A stretch of 46,124 nt of DNA from Rheinheimera sp. (lineage in GTDB: Bacteria > Pseudomonadota > Gammaproteobacteria > Enterobacterales > Alteromonadaceae). The translations under genes and the position numbers were made by a program. Positions 18,088 through 29,573 of the stretch are shown piece by piece. Where the stretch lies: assembly GCF_036568245.1 (NCBI RefSeq), contig NZ_DATCSY010000371.1:1-46124 (forward strand), read 5' to 3'. Every line of letters starts with the position of its first letter. Positions within the stretch are counted from its first letter, which is position 1. Below the pieces are notes generated by a model. That model was not told the DNA's origin. It did no database searches and saw only the letters and a program-made list of their open reading frames with translations.

Positions 18088-19002
18088 ATGAATGGGATGC
18101 TGAAGGCCGATACGCCTTTGTATTTGGGAATTGATGGCGGCGGTAGCAAGTGCCGTGCTGTCATTGTATCGTCAGATCAGCAAATTCTGGGTGAGGGGTT
18201 GTCTGGCCCTGCCAACCCGTTACGCGGTATGAAAATTGCCACTGATTCTATCCTGGCGGCAACTCAGCAGGCACTGACCTGCGCAGGTCTGGCATTTAAT
18301 GATATGTCACGACTGGTGGCAGGGGCTGGTCTGGCGGGCGTCAATGTACCGCAATATTATCAACTGTTTTCCGACTGGCAGCATCCGTTCAAAAAATTGT
18401 ATCTGACCAGTGATTTACATATTGCCTGTATGGGCGCTCATCAGGGGCAAGACGGGGCTGTGATCATCGTCGGTACCGGCTCCTGTGGTCTGGCGTCGGT
18501 GAACGGACAGCTGGTAGAGGTGGGCGGCCATGGATTTCCGTATGGTGATAACGGCAGCGGTGCCTGGTTTGGAATGCAACTGGTGCACAAAGTCCTGTTA
18601 AGCCTTGACCAATTGGCGCCCGCCACGGCGATGACCCCGTTGTTGATGCAGGAGTTAGCTGCACGCGATACGATGGCACTGGTCTCACATTTTATGCATG
18701 CCACCCCAACGACTTATGCTAAATATGCTCCTCTGGTGTTTACTGCCGCAGAGGCGGGGGATGCAACAGCACAGGCCCTGATTGAACAGGGCGCGGCGTT
18801 TATTACCGCGGTTGCACAGCGGTTGCTTAAAGCCGGCCCGCCACGACTGTCATTTATTGGTGGTTTGGCGCATAAGTTATTGCCTTATTTGCCGCTGGAT
18901 ATTCAGCAACAGGTTACACCGGCTCAACAAACGCCGGAACTCGGAGCGATTTGGTTTGCGTTACAGCGGGACCAGTCGCAATCTATCGCACTATCGTTAT
19001 AG
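18088..19002 (+). CDS. nagK: N-acetylglucosamine kinase (BadF/BcrA-type)
   Basis: GIDGGGSKCR, GTGS and GGHGFPYGDNGSGAW, plus operon context. Confidence 0.88.
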   Translation: MNGMLKADTPLYLGIDGGGSKCRAVIVSSDQQILGEGLSGPANPLRGMKIATDSILAATQQALTCAGLAFNDMSRLVAGAGLAGVNVPQYYQLFSDWQHPFKKLYLTSDLHIACMGAHQGQDGAVIIVGTGSCGLASVNGQLVEVGGHGFPYGDNGSGAWFGMQLVHKVLLSLDQLAPATAMTPLLMQELAARDTMALVSHFMHATPTTYAKYAPLVFTAAEAGDATAQALIEQGAAFITAVAQRLLKAGPPRLSFIGGLAHKLLPYLPLDIQQQVTPAQQTPELGAIWFALQRDQSQSIALSL

Positions 19003-19013
19003 GTAAAGAAGTA

Positions 19014-20012
19014 ATGAGCAACAGTATTATGGCTCTGGAGGCCGCAGAGGCGCCAAAACGTATTGCAGAGCAATTGGCTGCTAATGCCGCCACGGTAGAG
19101 CAGGTGGTGGCGCAAATTCGCCAGCGCGCGCCTAAATTTGTCTATATGGTAGGCCGCGGTTCATCTGATCATGCAGGTGTATTTGCCAAATATCTGATTG
19201 AAATTGAAATTGGCTTACCAGTAGCTGCCGCAGCGCCGTCAATTGCCAGTGTGTATAACAAATCGCTGCAGTTAAAAGAGGCGCTGGTGCTGGTTATTTC
19301 GCAATCCGGCCGCAGCCCGGATATTCTGGCTCAGGTAGAGATGGCAAAACGCAGTGGCGCTATGGTGGTGGCACTGGTCAATGATACGACGTCACCCTTG
19401 GCTGAGCAGGCGCACTATACGCTACCTCTGCATGTAGGGGCAGAAAAAGCCGTTGCTGCAACGAAGAGCTATCTGGCTACGTTAAGCGCTATTTTACAGC
19501 TGGTATCGGTTTGGTCTGGCAATCAGCCACTGCAGCAAGCGGTACAGCAGTTGCCGCAAAGCCTGGAACAAGCCATCGCATTGCCACAGCAACTGAATGC
19601 CGCAGCGCTGGAGAAAGTTGCCCATCTGGTTGTGTTGGGTAGGGGGCTTGGTTACGCCATTTCACGTGAAATCGCGCTGAAATTAAAAGAGGTCTGTGGT
19701 ATTCATGCTGAAGCGTTTTCCAGTGCAGAATTTCTGCATGGGCCCGTGACACTGGTTAAAAATCAGTTCGCCATTGTTGATGTAACAGTCGAGGATGAGA
19801 GCCTGGCGGCACATCGCAATCAGATCGAAGATGTCCGTAGCCGTGGAGCGGCAATAGTGCAATTGCATCACAAAGGCGTAGATGCACAGGCCAGAGTGTT
19901 GCCTCTGCTGATTTTACAACGCTTTTATCTGGATGTAGAAGTGGTTGCGCGTAGCAGAGGGATAAACCCGGATGCGCCTCCTGGCCTGAATAAAGTGACA
20001 AAAACGGTTTAG
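19014..20012 (+). CDS. nagB: Glucosamine-6-phosphate deaminase, SIS type (NagB-II)
   Basis: GRGSSDHA, SQSGRSPD, AVAATKS, EFLHGP and LNKVTKT. Confidence 0.9.
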   Translation: MSNSIMALEAAEAPKRIAEQLAANAATVEQVVAQIRQRAPKFVYMVGRGSSDHAGVFAKYLIEIEIGLPVAAAAPSIASVYNKSLQLKEALVLVISQSGRSPDILAQVEMAKRSGAMVVALVNDTTSPLAEQAHYTLPLHVGAEKAVAATKSYLATLSAILQLVSVWSGNQPLQQAVQQLPQSLEQAIALPQQLNAAALEKVAHLVVLGRGLGYAISREIALKLKEVCGIHAEAFSSAEFLHGPVTLVKNQFAIVDVTVEDESLAAHRNQIEDVRSRGAAIVQLHHKGVDAQARVLPLLILQRFYLDVEVVARSRGINPDAPPGLNKVTKTV

Positions 20013-20034
20013 TGCAATTATACGGTAATAACAA

Positions 20035-21153
20035 ATGCAGCAGTTAAGTGTCAGCCGGTTATTTGACGGTGAACAATGGTTTGAAAATGTCAGCGTGAGC
20101 ATAAACAATGGTGTTATTCACGCCGTTGCGCCTGCCAGCGGTAATGTACAGCCTGGGTTGTTAGTGCCCGGTTTTATTGACGTTCAGGTAAATGGTGGTG
20201 GTGGTGCTTTGTTTAACACCGCGCCCAACCGGCAGTCACTGCGTACTATGATGCAGGCACATGCCCGCTTTGGTACTACGGCAATGCTGCCCACTGTTAT
20301 CACTGACAGCATCAGCGTAATGCAGCAGGCAGCAGAGGCCATAGCGTCAGCCATTGCAGACAAAGAACCGGGTATTATTGGAGTGCATTTTGAGGGGCCA
20401 CATTTGTCGGTGCCGAAAAAAGGTGTGCACCCTAAGCAACATATCCGCGAACTAAGTGCTGCAGAATTGGCTATTTATGGCCGTGACGATCTGGGCATTA
20501 AACTGGTGACTGTCGCGCCGGAGAATATTACTCCGGCACAGATCCGTCAGCTGATAGCGCTCAATGTCATCGTTTGCCTTGGTCACTCCAATGCTGATGC
20601 GGCGACGGTACAGGCAGCGCTGGATGCCGGCGCAACCGGCTTCACGCATTTATATAATGCCATGTCTGCGCTTACGTCACGTGAGCCAGGCATGGTTGGG
20701 GTAGCCCTCAGCGATCCGGACAGTTGGTGTGGTGTTATTTTTGATGGCCATCATATGCACCCGGTTGCGGCAAAAGTAGCGCTGGCAGCTAAACCTCGCG
20801 GTAAGCTGATGATCGTGACGGATGCGATGTCACCGGTAGGTACAGATGATACCGAGTTCGATTTTTTTACCGGCAAAGTAATACGTGAAGGCAGCAAGTT
20901 AACTAACGAGGCGGGTTCACTGGCAGGTTCGGTGTTGGATATGGCGGCAGCAGTGCAATACGCGGTACAGGTGTTAGCTGTTAGCCCGGCAGAGGCACTA
21001 CGGATGGCATCTTTGTATCCGGCACAGTTTCTGTCTTGTCATCATAGCGGTCGTATTGTCGCCGGCGCGCAGGCCGATTTGGTACTGCTTAATGATAACT
21101 GGCAGGTACAGCAAAGCTGGATAAGCGGTAAGCCAGTCTTCAGCACAAAATAA
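20035..21153 (+). CDS. nagA: N-acetylglucosamine-6-phosphate deacetylase
   Basis: PGFIDVQVNGGGG, HFEGP, THLYNAM and LAGS. Confidence 0.95.
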   Translation: MQQLSVSRLFDGEQWFENVSVSINNGVIHAVAPASGNVQPGLLVPGFIDVQVNGGGGALFNTAPNRQSLRTMMQAHARFGTTAMLPTVITDSISVMQQAAEAIASAIADKEPGIIGVHFEGPHLSVPKKGVHPKQHIRELSAAELAIYGRDDLGIKLVTVAPENITPAQIRQLIALNVIVCLGHSNADAATVQAALDAGATGFTHLYNAMSALTSREPGMVGVALSDPDSWCGVIFDGHHMHPVAAKVALAAKPRGKLMIVTDAMSPVGTDDTEFDFFTGKVIREGSKLTNEAGSLAGSVLDMAAAVQYAVQVLAVSPAEALRMASLYPAQFLSCHHSGRIVAGAQADLVLLNDNWQVQQSWISGKPVFSTK

Positions 21154-21181
21154 CAATGATAAAAGCAAACGGGGAAGGAAA

Positions 21182-22480
21182 ATGGAAATGACAGCTGAAC
21201 AAGCCAAAAACCGCAGCAGTGTGGTGCCGATGGTAATAGTGGCGATATTGTTTTTTGTGCTGGGGTTTGCAACCTGGCTAAATGGTTCGCTTATGCCGTA
21301 TTTAAAACAAATGCTTACTCTGAGCCCTTTTCAGGCGTCGTTAGTGGTGTTTTCCTTCTACATTGCTGTCACTTTTACCGCCCTGCCATCGGCATGGATT
21401 ATCCGTAAAGTTGGCTACAAAAGTGGCATGGCACTGGGCATGGCGACCATGATGCTGGCCGGTTTGCTGTATATTCCAGCGGCACAAACACAGACGTTTG
21501 CCTTATTTCTGTTTGCGCAGCTGGTGATCGGTACCGGCCAGACGTTGCTGCAGACTGCGGTTAACCCTTATGTGGTTAAAATTGGCCCTGAAGAAACGGC
21601 AGCCGTGCGTATCAGTATCATGGGAATTCTGAACAAAACTGCCGGTGTTGTAGCGCCAGTAGTATTTACTGCGCTAATGGCCAATAGCTTTGTTGCCTCG
21701 CCGGATACCGCTTTGACGGGGGCGCAGATAGATGAAATGGCATCTGCTTTGGTGGTGCCTTATCTGGGGTTAGCGGCGTTTTTAGGCCTGTTGGCGCTGG
21801 CGGTTAAGTTTTCGCCATTGCCAGAGCTGGAAAAAGAAACCGCAGATAATAACAACTCAGCGCAGATAAAAGCAGCGCTGGCAAGGCCAAGCCTGGCACT
21901 GGGTGTGCTGGCTCTGTTTGTATATGTTGCTGTAGAAGTGATCGCTGGCGATACCATAGGTTTGTTCGCGTTATCACTGGGCGTTGAACGTTATACCGTT
22001 ATGACCTCCTACACCATGGGCTGTATGGTGCTGGGTTATGTGCTGGGCATAGTGTTAATTCCACGGGTATTGTCGCAGCAGACTGCGCTGGCGGTATCTG
22101 CCGTGTTAGGTGTGGTGTTGGTACTGGCAATAGTGCTGGGTGATACCTCATCTTACGCGTTGGCAAACAGTTTACTGGTACCTTTAGGTGGCACGGCACT
22201 GCCGGACACTTTGTTGTATATTGCAATACTCGGGCTGGCTAATGCCATTGTCTGGCCAGCTGTGTGGCCACTGGCATTGTCTGGTTTAGGTGCGCTAACC
22301 AGCACAGGTTCTGCACTATTGATTATGGGCATTGCCGGCGGTGCATTTGGCCCATTGTTTTGGGGGCTGGCGAGTGGCACAGGGCTAGGGCAGCAGGGGG
22401 CTTATATCGTGATGCTGCCATGTTACCTGTTTATTCTGTTTTATGCGCTCAAAGGCCATAAGATGACAAGCTGGAAATAA
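21182..22480 (+). CDS. nagP: GlcNAc permease (MFS, FucP/GluP family)
   Basis: LLQTAVNPYV, YVAVEV and LLIMGIAGGA motifs, within the nag operon. Confidence 0.85.
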   Translation: MEMTAEQAKNRSSVVPMVIVAILFFVLGFATWLNGSLMPYLKQMLTLSPFQASLVVFSFYIAVTFTALPSAWIIRKVGYKSGMALGMATMMLAGLLYIPAAQTQTFALFLFAQLVIGTGQTLLQTAVNPYVVKIGPEETAAVRISIMGILNKTAGVVAPVVFTALMANSFVASPDTALTGAQIDEMASALVVPYLGLAAFLGLLALAVKFSPLPELEKETADNNNSAQIKAALARPSLALGVLALFVYVAVEVIAGDTIGLFALSLGVERYTVMTSYTMGCMVLGYVLGIVLIPRVLSQQTALAVSAVLGVVLVLAIVLGDTSSYALANSLLVPLGGTALPDTLLYIAILGLANAIVWPAVWPLALSGLGALTSTGSALLIMGIAGGAFGPLFWGLASGTGLGQQGAYIVMLPCYLFILFYALKGHKMTSWK

Positions 22481-23559
22481 TGACAGGCAGCTCACGTTTT
22501 TATGCATTAGATGCACTGCGTGGGCTGGCTATCGCGCTGATGATCCTGGTGAATACGCCGGGATCGTGGCAGCATGTTTATAGCCCGCTGTTACACGCAT
22601 CCTGGGACGGCTTCACCTTTGCCGATATTGTGTTTCCGGCATTTCTGTTTGTTGTCGGTGCGGCGATGTTTTACGCCTTACGCCATACCAGCCTGACAGT
22701 TGCGATGGTGCAGCGCATTGTTAAACGTGGCGTGTTATTGGTTGCCATCGGCATTTTACTCAACTGGTTCCCTTTCACTCACTCAGTTAATGAACTGCGG
22801 CTACCTGGCGTGCTACAGCGCATCGGCCTGTGCTACATGCTGGCAGCGTTGTTAGTGCTGTTGATTAAAGTGCGTTATATACCGCTTTTGAGCATAGCGC
22901 TGCTTGCACTGTACTGGATATTGCTGCTCACCTTTGGTGGCGGGCAGCCTTTTAGTCTATCGGGTAATGCAGTATTGAAGCTGGACATGCTGCTGTTTGG
23001 ATCTAATCATCTTTATCAGGGATTTGGTATTGCTTTTGACCCGGAAGGGCTACTCAGCACTTTGCCTGCCGTGGTCTCGGTACTGGTGGGGTACTATGTG
23101 GCGGCTAAGCTGGTGCAGCACAGTCCCAGAGCCGGTGCGCTTTGGCTGGTTAAGTTTGCTGCGGTGTTGTTCATTGCCGCCTGGTTATGCAGTACGTTCT
23201 GGCCGGTTAATAAAGCCTTATGGAGCGGCAGCTACGTACTGCTTTCCAGCGCTATTTTGTTGCTGATACTGGCCGTACTGGTATGGGTTTCAGATGTGTT
23301 GGCAAAACGTGCGCTGGTACAGCCGCTTATTACTTACGGCACCAATCCTCTATTTATCTATATTTTGTCGTGGCTGTGGGCGGTCTGTCTGTCACTTATC
23401 CCGGCAGGCGATAGCAATTTATACCAGTACAGTTTTGAGCTACTTACTACCGTACTGGCACCAAAGCAGGCTTCGTTATTGTTTGCCGTGCTGCATGTAC
23501 TGTGGTTTTGGTGGTTATCGCGTGTGTTATATCAGCGTAATATCATTATCCGCCTGTAG
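22480..23559 (+). CDS. nagX: NagX, HGSNAT-like membrane acyltransferase-family protein
   Basis: LDALRG..MILVN, ADIVFPAFLF, GVLQRI, DPEGLLST and NKALWS. Coupled to nagP by a TAATG overlap. Confidence 0.85.
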   Translation: MTGSSRFYALDALRGLAIALMILVNTPGSWQHVYSPLLHASWDGFTFADIVFPAFLFVVGAAMFYALRHTSLTVAMVQRIVKRGVLLVAIGILLNWFPFTHSVNELRLPGVLQRIGLCYMLAALLVLLIKVRYIPLLSIALLALYWILLLTFGGGQPFSLSGNAVLKLDMLLFGSNHLYQGFGIAFDPEGLLSTLPAVVSVLVGYYVAAKLVQHSPRAGALWLVKFAAVLFIAAWLCSTFWPVNKALWSGSYVLLSSAILLLILAVLVWVSDVLAKRALVQPLITYGTNPLFIYILSWLWAVCLSLIPAGDSNLYQYSFELLTTVLAPKQASLLFAVLHVLWFWWLSRVLYQRNIIIRL

Positions 23560-23588
23560 TCTGCAGGCAGATAATAATATTTAACGTG

Positions 23589-25486
<1,898 letters not shown>

Positions 25487-25584
25487 TCAGGGCAAAAGCC
25501 TTGTATAAGCTGCGACTAGAGTTTTTAGTCAATTTGGCGTTACTATAGCAAATTAAATTCGCTAACCATAAGCCTGTTTCGCAG

Positions 25585-26247
25585 ATGGAAAAGAAGTTAA
25601 GAACCAAAGATAAAATTCTGCAAGCCAGCATAGAATTGTTCAATCAGGTCGGTGAACGTCAGGTTACCACTAACCATATCGCTGCCCATTTAGGGATCAG
25701 CCCCGGTAATCTGTACTACCACTTTCGCAATAAAGAAGACATCGTACGGCAGATCTTTAAAGAGTATGCCAAGCTACTGGAAACCAAAATTAAACCGCCA
25801 TCAGATAAAGCTGAAGCTCTGGATACACTGGCCAATTATCTGGATGCCGTATTTGAGCTGATGTGGCGGTTTCATTTCTTTTATGCCAACCTGCCGGATA
25901 TTTTATCGCGGGACCCGGCATTGCAGCAGGACTACCAGCAGGTACAGCAAGGGGTGCTGATGCGTGTTACTGCGGTGCTTAAAGCATTGAAGCAGTCCGA
26001 TATTATTGATATCGAAGATGAAGATATCACTGATTTGGCTCATAGCATCAAGTTGCTGGTCACGTTTTGGATCAGTTATCTGAAGACCCAGGCACCTGAC
26101 AAAGATATCGATCAGGCCAGCGTCTATCAGGGGGTGTTGAAAGTGCTGTTATTGTTCAAACCTTATGCAACAGCACAGGCGAAACCACGCATTACCCGTC
26201 TGCAGCAACATTATGAGGCGCTCGCCGGCGATATTAAGCTGCTGTAG
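25585..26247 (+). CDS. TetR-family transcriptional regulator
   Basis: HTH motif TTNHIAAHLGISPGNLYYHFRNKE. Confidence 0.92.
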   Translation: MEKKLRTKDKILQASIELFNQVGERQVTTNHIAAHLGISPGNLYYHFRNKEDIVRQIFKEYAKLLETKIKPPSDKAEALDTLANYLDAVFELMWRFHFFYANLPDILSRDPALQQDYQQVQQGVLMRVTAVLKALKQSDIIDIEDEDITDLAHSIKLLVTFWISYLKTQAPDKDIDQASVYQGVLKVLLLFKPYATAQAKPRITRLQQHYEALAGDIKLL

Positions 26248-26372
26248 GCTAAACTTGACAGCAGCAGGTCTGAGCAGCACCAGCTATTAAGCAAAACCCC
26301 TGCACAGCACCGATATTAGCTATACAATAGCGCCGTTTTTTCTGTTCTCTCTACCCCGTAACAGGAGGCTTT

Positions 26373-27569
26373 ATGCGCAGCAGCGCTTTTCTGCAACACC
26401 TACAACAACAAATAGATGATGTTAAAGCAGAAGGTTTATACAAAGCAGAACGTATTATTACCTCGCAACAGCAAGCCAGTGTTGATGTTGGCGGCGAGCA
26501 GGTACTGAATTTCTGTGCCAATAATTATCTGGGGTTAGCAAACCATGCTGATCTTATTGCTGCGGCTAAACATGGCCTTGATAGCCATGGTTTTGGTGTG
26601 GCGTCAGTGCGTTTTATCTGTGGTACTCAGGATATTCACAAGCAGTTGGAGCAGAGCATCAGCGAGTTTCTTGGCACAGAAGATACTATTCTATATTCCT
26701 CATGTTTTGATGCTAACGGCGGTTTGTTTGAAACCTTGCTTGGTGCTGAAGACGCCATTATCTCCGATGCGTTGAACCATGCGTCCATTATCGACGGCGT
26801 GCGGTTGTGCAAAGCAAAACGTTACCGCTATGCCAATAATGATATGGCAGAACTTGAAGCTCAGTTACAGCAGGCTGATGCTGATGGCGCACGTTTTAAG
26901 CTGATTGCGACCGACGGCGTGTTCTCTATGGACGGTGTTATTGCTGATTTAAAAGCCGTTTGCGATTTGGCTGATAAATATGGTGCCATGGTGATGGTAG
27001 ATGACAGCCATGCAGTTGGCTTTGTTGGCAAACATGGCCGTGGCACGCATGAATACTGCGATGTGATGGACAGAGTAGACATTATTACCGGTACCCTTGG
27101 TAAAGCTCTGGGTGGGGCATCGGGCGGCTATACGTCTGGCAAGAAAGAAGTGATTGAATGGCTGCGTCAGCGCTCACGGCCTTATTTGTTCTCAAATTCG
27201 TTGGCACCATCGATAGCGTCGGCGTCGATCAAAGTACTTGAGATGTTAAAGCAGGGCGATGACTTACGGGCAAAGTTATGGCAGAACGCTGATTACTTCC
27301 GCGAGAAAATGTCCGCCGCCGGTTTTACCCTGGCAGGGAAAGACCATGCCATTATTCCGGTAATGCTGGGTGATGCCAAAGTGGCTGCTGAAATGGCCAA
27401 ACGTATGCTGGCAGAGGGCATTTATGTGGTCGGTTTCTCCTTCCCGGTGGTGCCTAAAGGCCAGGCCAGGATCCGCACCCAGATTTCTGCAGCACACAGT
27501 AAAGAGCAATTGGACAAGGCAATTGATGCCTTTATCCGCATAGGTAAAGACATGGGCGTGATCGCATAA
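26373..27569 (+). CDS. kbl: 2-amino-3-ketobutyrate CoA ligase
   Basis: [20 protein letters not shown] and GTLGKALGG. Confidence 0.97.
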   Translation: MRSSAFLQHLQQQIDDVKAEGLYKAERIITSQQQASVDVGGEQVLNFCANNYLGLANHADLIAAAKHGLDSHGFGVASVRFICGTQDIHKQLEQSISEFLGTEDTILYSSCFDANGGLFETLLGAEDAIISDALNHASIIDGVRLCKAKRYRYANNDMAELEAQLQQADADGARFKLIATDGVFSMDGVIADLKAVCDLADKYGAMVMVDDSHAVGFVGKHGRGTHEYCDVMDRVDIITGTLGKALGGASGGYTSGKKEVIEWLRQRSRPYLFSNSLAPSIASASIKVLEMLKQGDDLRAKLWQNADYFREKMSAAGFTLAGKDHAIIPVMLGDAKVAAEMAKRMLAEGIYVVGFSFPVVPKGQARIRTQISAAHSKEQLDKAIDAFIRIGKDMGVIA

Positions 27570-27584
27570 GGGCGGGGCGTAAAG

Positions 27585-28610
27585 ATGAAAGCATTAGCAA
27601 AATTAAAAGCAGAACCTGGGATCTGGCAAACCGAAGTTGATAAGCCTGAAGTCGGGCCGAACGATGTGCTTATCCGCATCAGAAAAACCGCTATTTGTGG
27701 CACTGATGTGCACATCTATAAGTGGGATGAGTGGGCACAAAATACCATTCCGCACGGTATGGTAGTTGGCCACGAGTATGTCGGTGTGGTCGAGGGTATG
27801 GGCTCTGAGGTTCGCGGCTTTAAAGTAGGTGATCGCGTATCAGGCGAAGGCCACATTACCTGTGGTTACTGCCGCAACTGCCGTGCCGGCCGTGTGCATT
27901 TATGCCGCAATACCACAGGTGTTGGTGTTAACCGCCCGGGTGCCTTTGCCGAGTATCTGGTGATCCCGGCATACAATGCATTTAAATTGCCGGATAATAT
28001 TCCGGATAACATCGCGGCCATTTTCGACCCCTTTGGTAACGCGGTGCATACTGCTTTATCGTTCGATTTGGTCGGTGAAGATGTGCTAATAACCGGTGCT
28101 GGGCCTATCGGTATTATGGCTGCGGCAGTAGCACGGCATGTTGGTGCCCGTCATGTGGTTGTTACTGATGTAAACCCTTACCGTTTAGAGCTGGCGCTGA
28201 AAATGGGGGCCACCCGTGCCGTGGATGTCAGCAAGCAAAACCTGAAAGAGGTAATGCAAGAGCTTGGTATGACTGAAGGTTTTGATGTTGGCCTTGAAAT
28301 GTCAGGGGTCCCGGCGGCGTTTCGCAGTATGCTCGATACCATGAACCATGGTGGCAAAATTGCCATGCTGGGCATTCCCCCATCAGATATGGCAATCGAC
28401 TGGAACAAAGTTATTTTCAAAGGCTTGATCATTAAAGGCATTTACGGCCGTGAAATGTTTGAGACCTGGTACAAAATGGCCAGTTTAATTCAGTCCGGGC
28501 TGGACTTATCCCCAATGATCACGCACGAAATGCCAGTGTCACGTTTTCAGGAAGGCTTTGACATTATGTGCTCTGGGCAGTCTGGAAAAGTGGTACTAAA
28601 CTGGTACTGA
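27585..28610 (+). CDS. tdh: L-threonine 3-dehydrogenase
   Basis: [12 protein letters not shown], Zn-binding Cys cluster and [13 protein letters not shown]. Confidence 0.97.
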   Translation: MKALAKLKAEPGIWQTEVDKPEVGPNDVLIRIRKTAICGTDVHIYKWDEWAQNTIPHGMVVGHEYVGVVEGMGSEVRGFKVGDRVSGEGHITCGYCRNCRAGRVHLCRNTTGVGVNRPGAFAEYLVIPAYNAFKLPDNIPDNIAAIFDPFGNAVHTALSFDLVGEDVLITGAGPIGIMAAAVARHVGARHVVVTDVNPYRLELALKMGATRAVDVSKQNLKEVMQELGMTEGFDVGLEMSGVPAAFRSMLDTMNHGGKIAMLGIPPSDMAIDWNKVIFKGLIIKGIYGREMFETWYKMASLIQSGLDLSPMITHEMPVSRFQEGFDIMCSGQSGKVVLNWY

Positions 28611-28630
28611 CAATTAAAACCGTACGCTAC

Positions 28631-28684
28631 ACCGATGATAAAAAGGCGAACTGAGGTTCGCTTTTTTATTGTCGGTTTTTTTTT
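28631..28684 (+). terminator. kbl-tdh terminator
   Basis: Long hairpin accgatgataaaaaggcgaac/gttcgcttttttattgtcggt followed by a T run. Confidence 0.85.
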
Positions 28685-28835
28685 CAATCAAGATTGGGCT
28701 CTGACAATAGATACGAACTGAATTGGCCTAATGTGCTGATATAAAGCTGAATTTTTAGTTGGATTGGTTTATGCATTACAGATGTTGCAAGTTTTTGCAA
28801 AAACACAATCTATAACAATATTCAGAGGTATATCC

Positions 28836-29324
28836 ATGTTGAAGTCCATACTATTTGCTGTTGCGACAGTAGTGTTAAGCAGTTTTGCTTTACCTCAAAC
28901 CGCACAGGCCACACCTATTATTACGCAAGATTTTTTACTTGAAGATGGCACTGTCTTTGGCACTTTGTCAGTAGACATTAATAATATCGACGAGCTCGGC
29001 AATGTGCTTGAGTGGGAAGTGTTTGAACTATTTGGTTTGGCAATTGGTGAAAGCTTTGAGTTTGTTGCGATGTTTGATCCAGCAGATTTATTCACTGGTT
29101 TTAGCTATTTATATTTCGACGTTAACGAAGTGAGCGGTACCTATGCATTCCAAGGATTTTGGGATACAGATTTTGGTTTGTTGGACATTTATACTCCCGA
29201 TGGTCAATTCATTGATCAGGGGTTGTTTGTGCTAAGCGCTGCGTCAGTCAATGTACCAGAACCAGGCACTATGTTTTTACTGTTAGCCAGTGTTGGTGGC
29301 TTATTACTGCGTCGCCGCGTTTAA
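28836..29324 (+). CDS. PEP-CTERM sorting-domain surface protein
   Basis: Signal peptide (..AQA-TPI) and C-terminal VPEPGT + TM helix + RRR. ATG 28836 follows GAGG. Confidence 0.92.
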   Translation: MLKSILFAVATVVLSSFALPQTAQATPIITQDFLLEDGTVFGTLSVDINNIDELGNVLEWEVFELFGLAIGESFEFVAMFDPADLFTGFSYLYFDVNEVSGTYAFQGFWDTDFGLLDIYTPDGQFIDQGLFVLSAASVNVPEPGTMFLLLASVGGLLLRRRV

Positions 29325-29573
29325 GCTGTTAACTCTGTTAAGCGCTAAAGTGTCAGCTTTTTTATCAATAACATTACAGCTGTAAATATTTGTTATCTGT
29401 ATGCTGTGGTCGTTAAAGCTGGGCTTTGGTCTGGGATGGTTAAAAGAAGGTGTCTGATTTTTATACAGTGACGTAAAAACATACTGCCACTCTTTAGCAT
29501 TAACCCGGCTGTTATGCTGCTTTGCAGGCAAAAAATACGTGTTGCGAACGATAAAAATAAACGGAGAACGAGC

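Noticed and set aside
28760-28781. Sigma54 promoter for the PEP-CTERM gene (TGGATTGGTTTATGCA / TGGTTTATGCATTACA)
   Set aside because: Only degenerate matches to TGGCAC-N5-TTGC; insufficient support.
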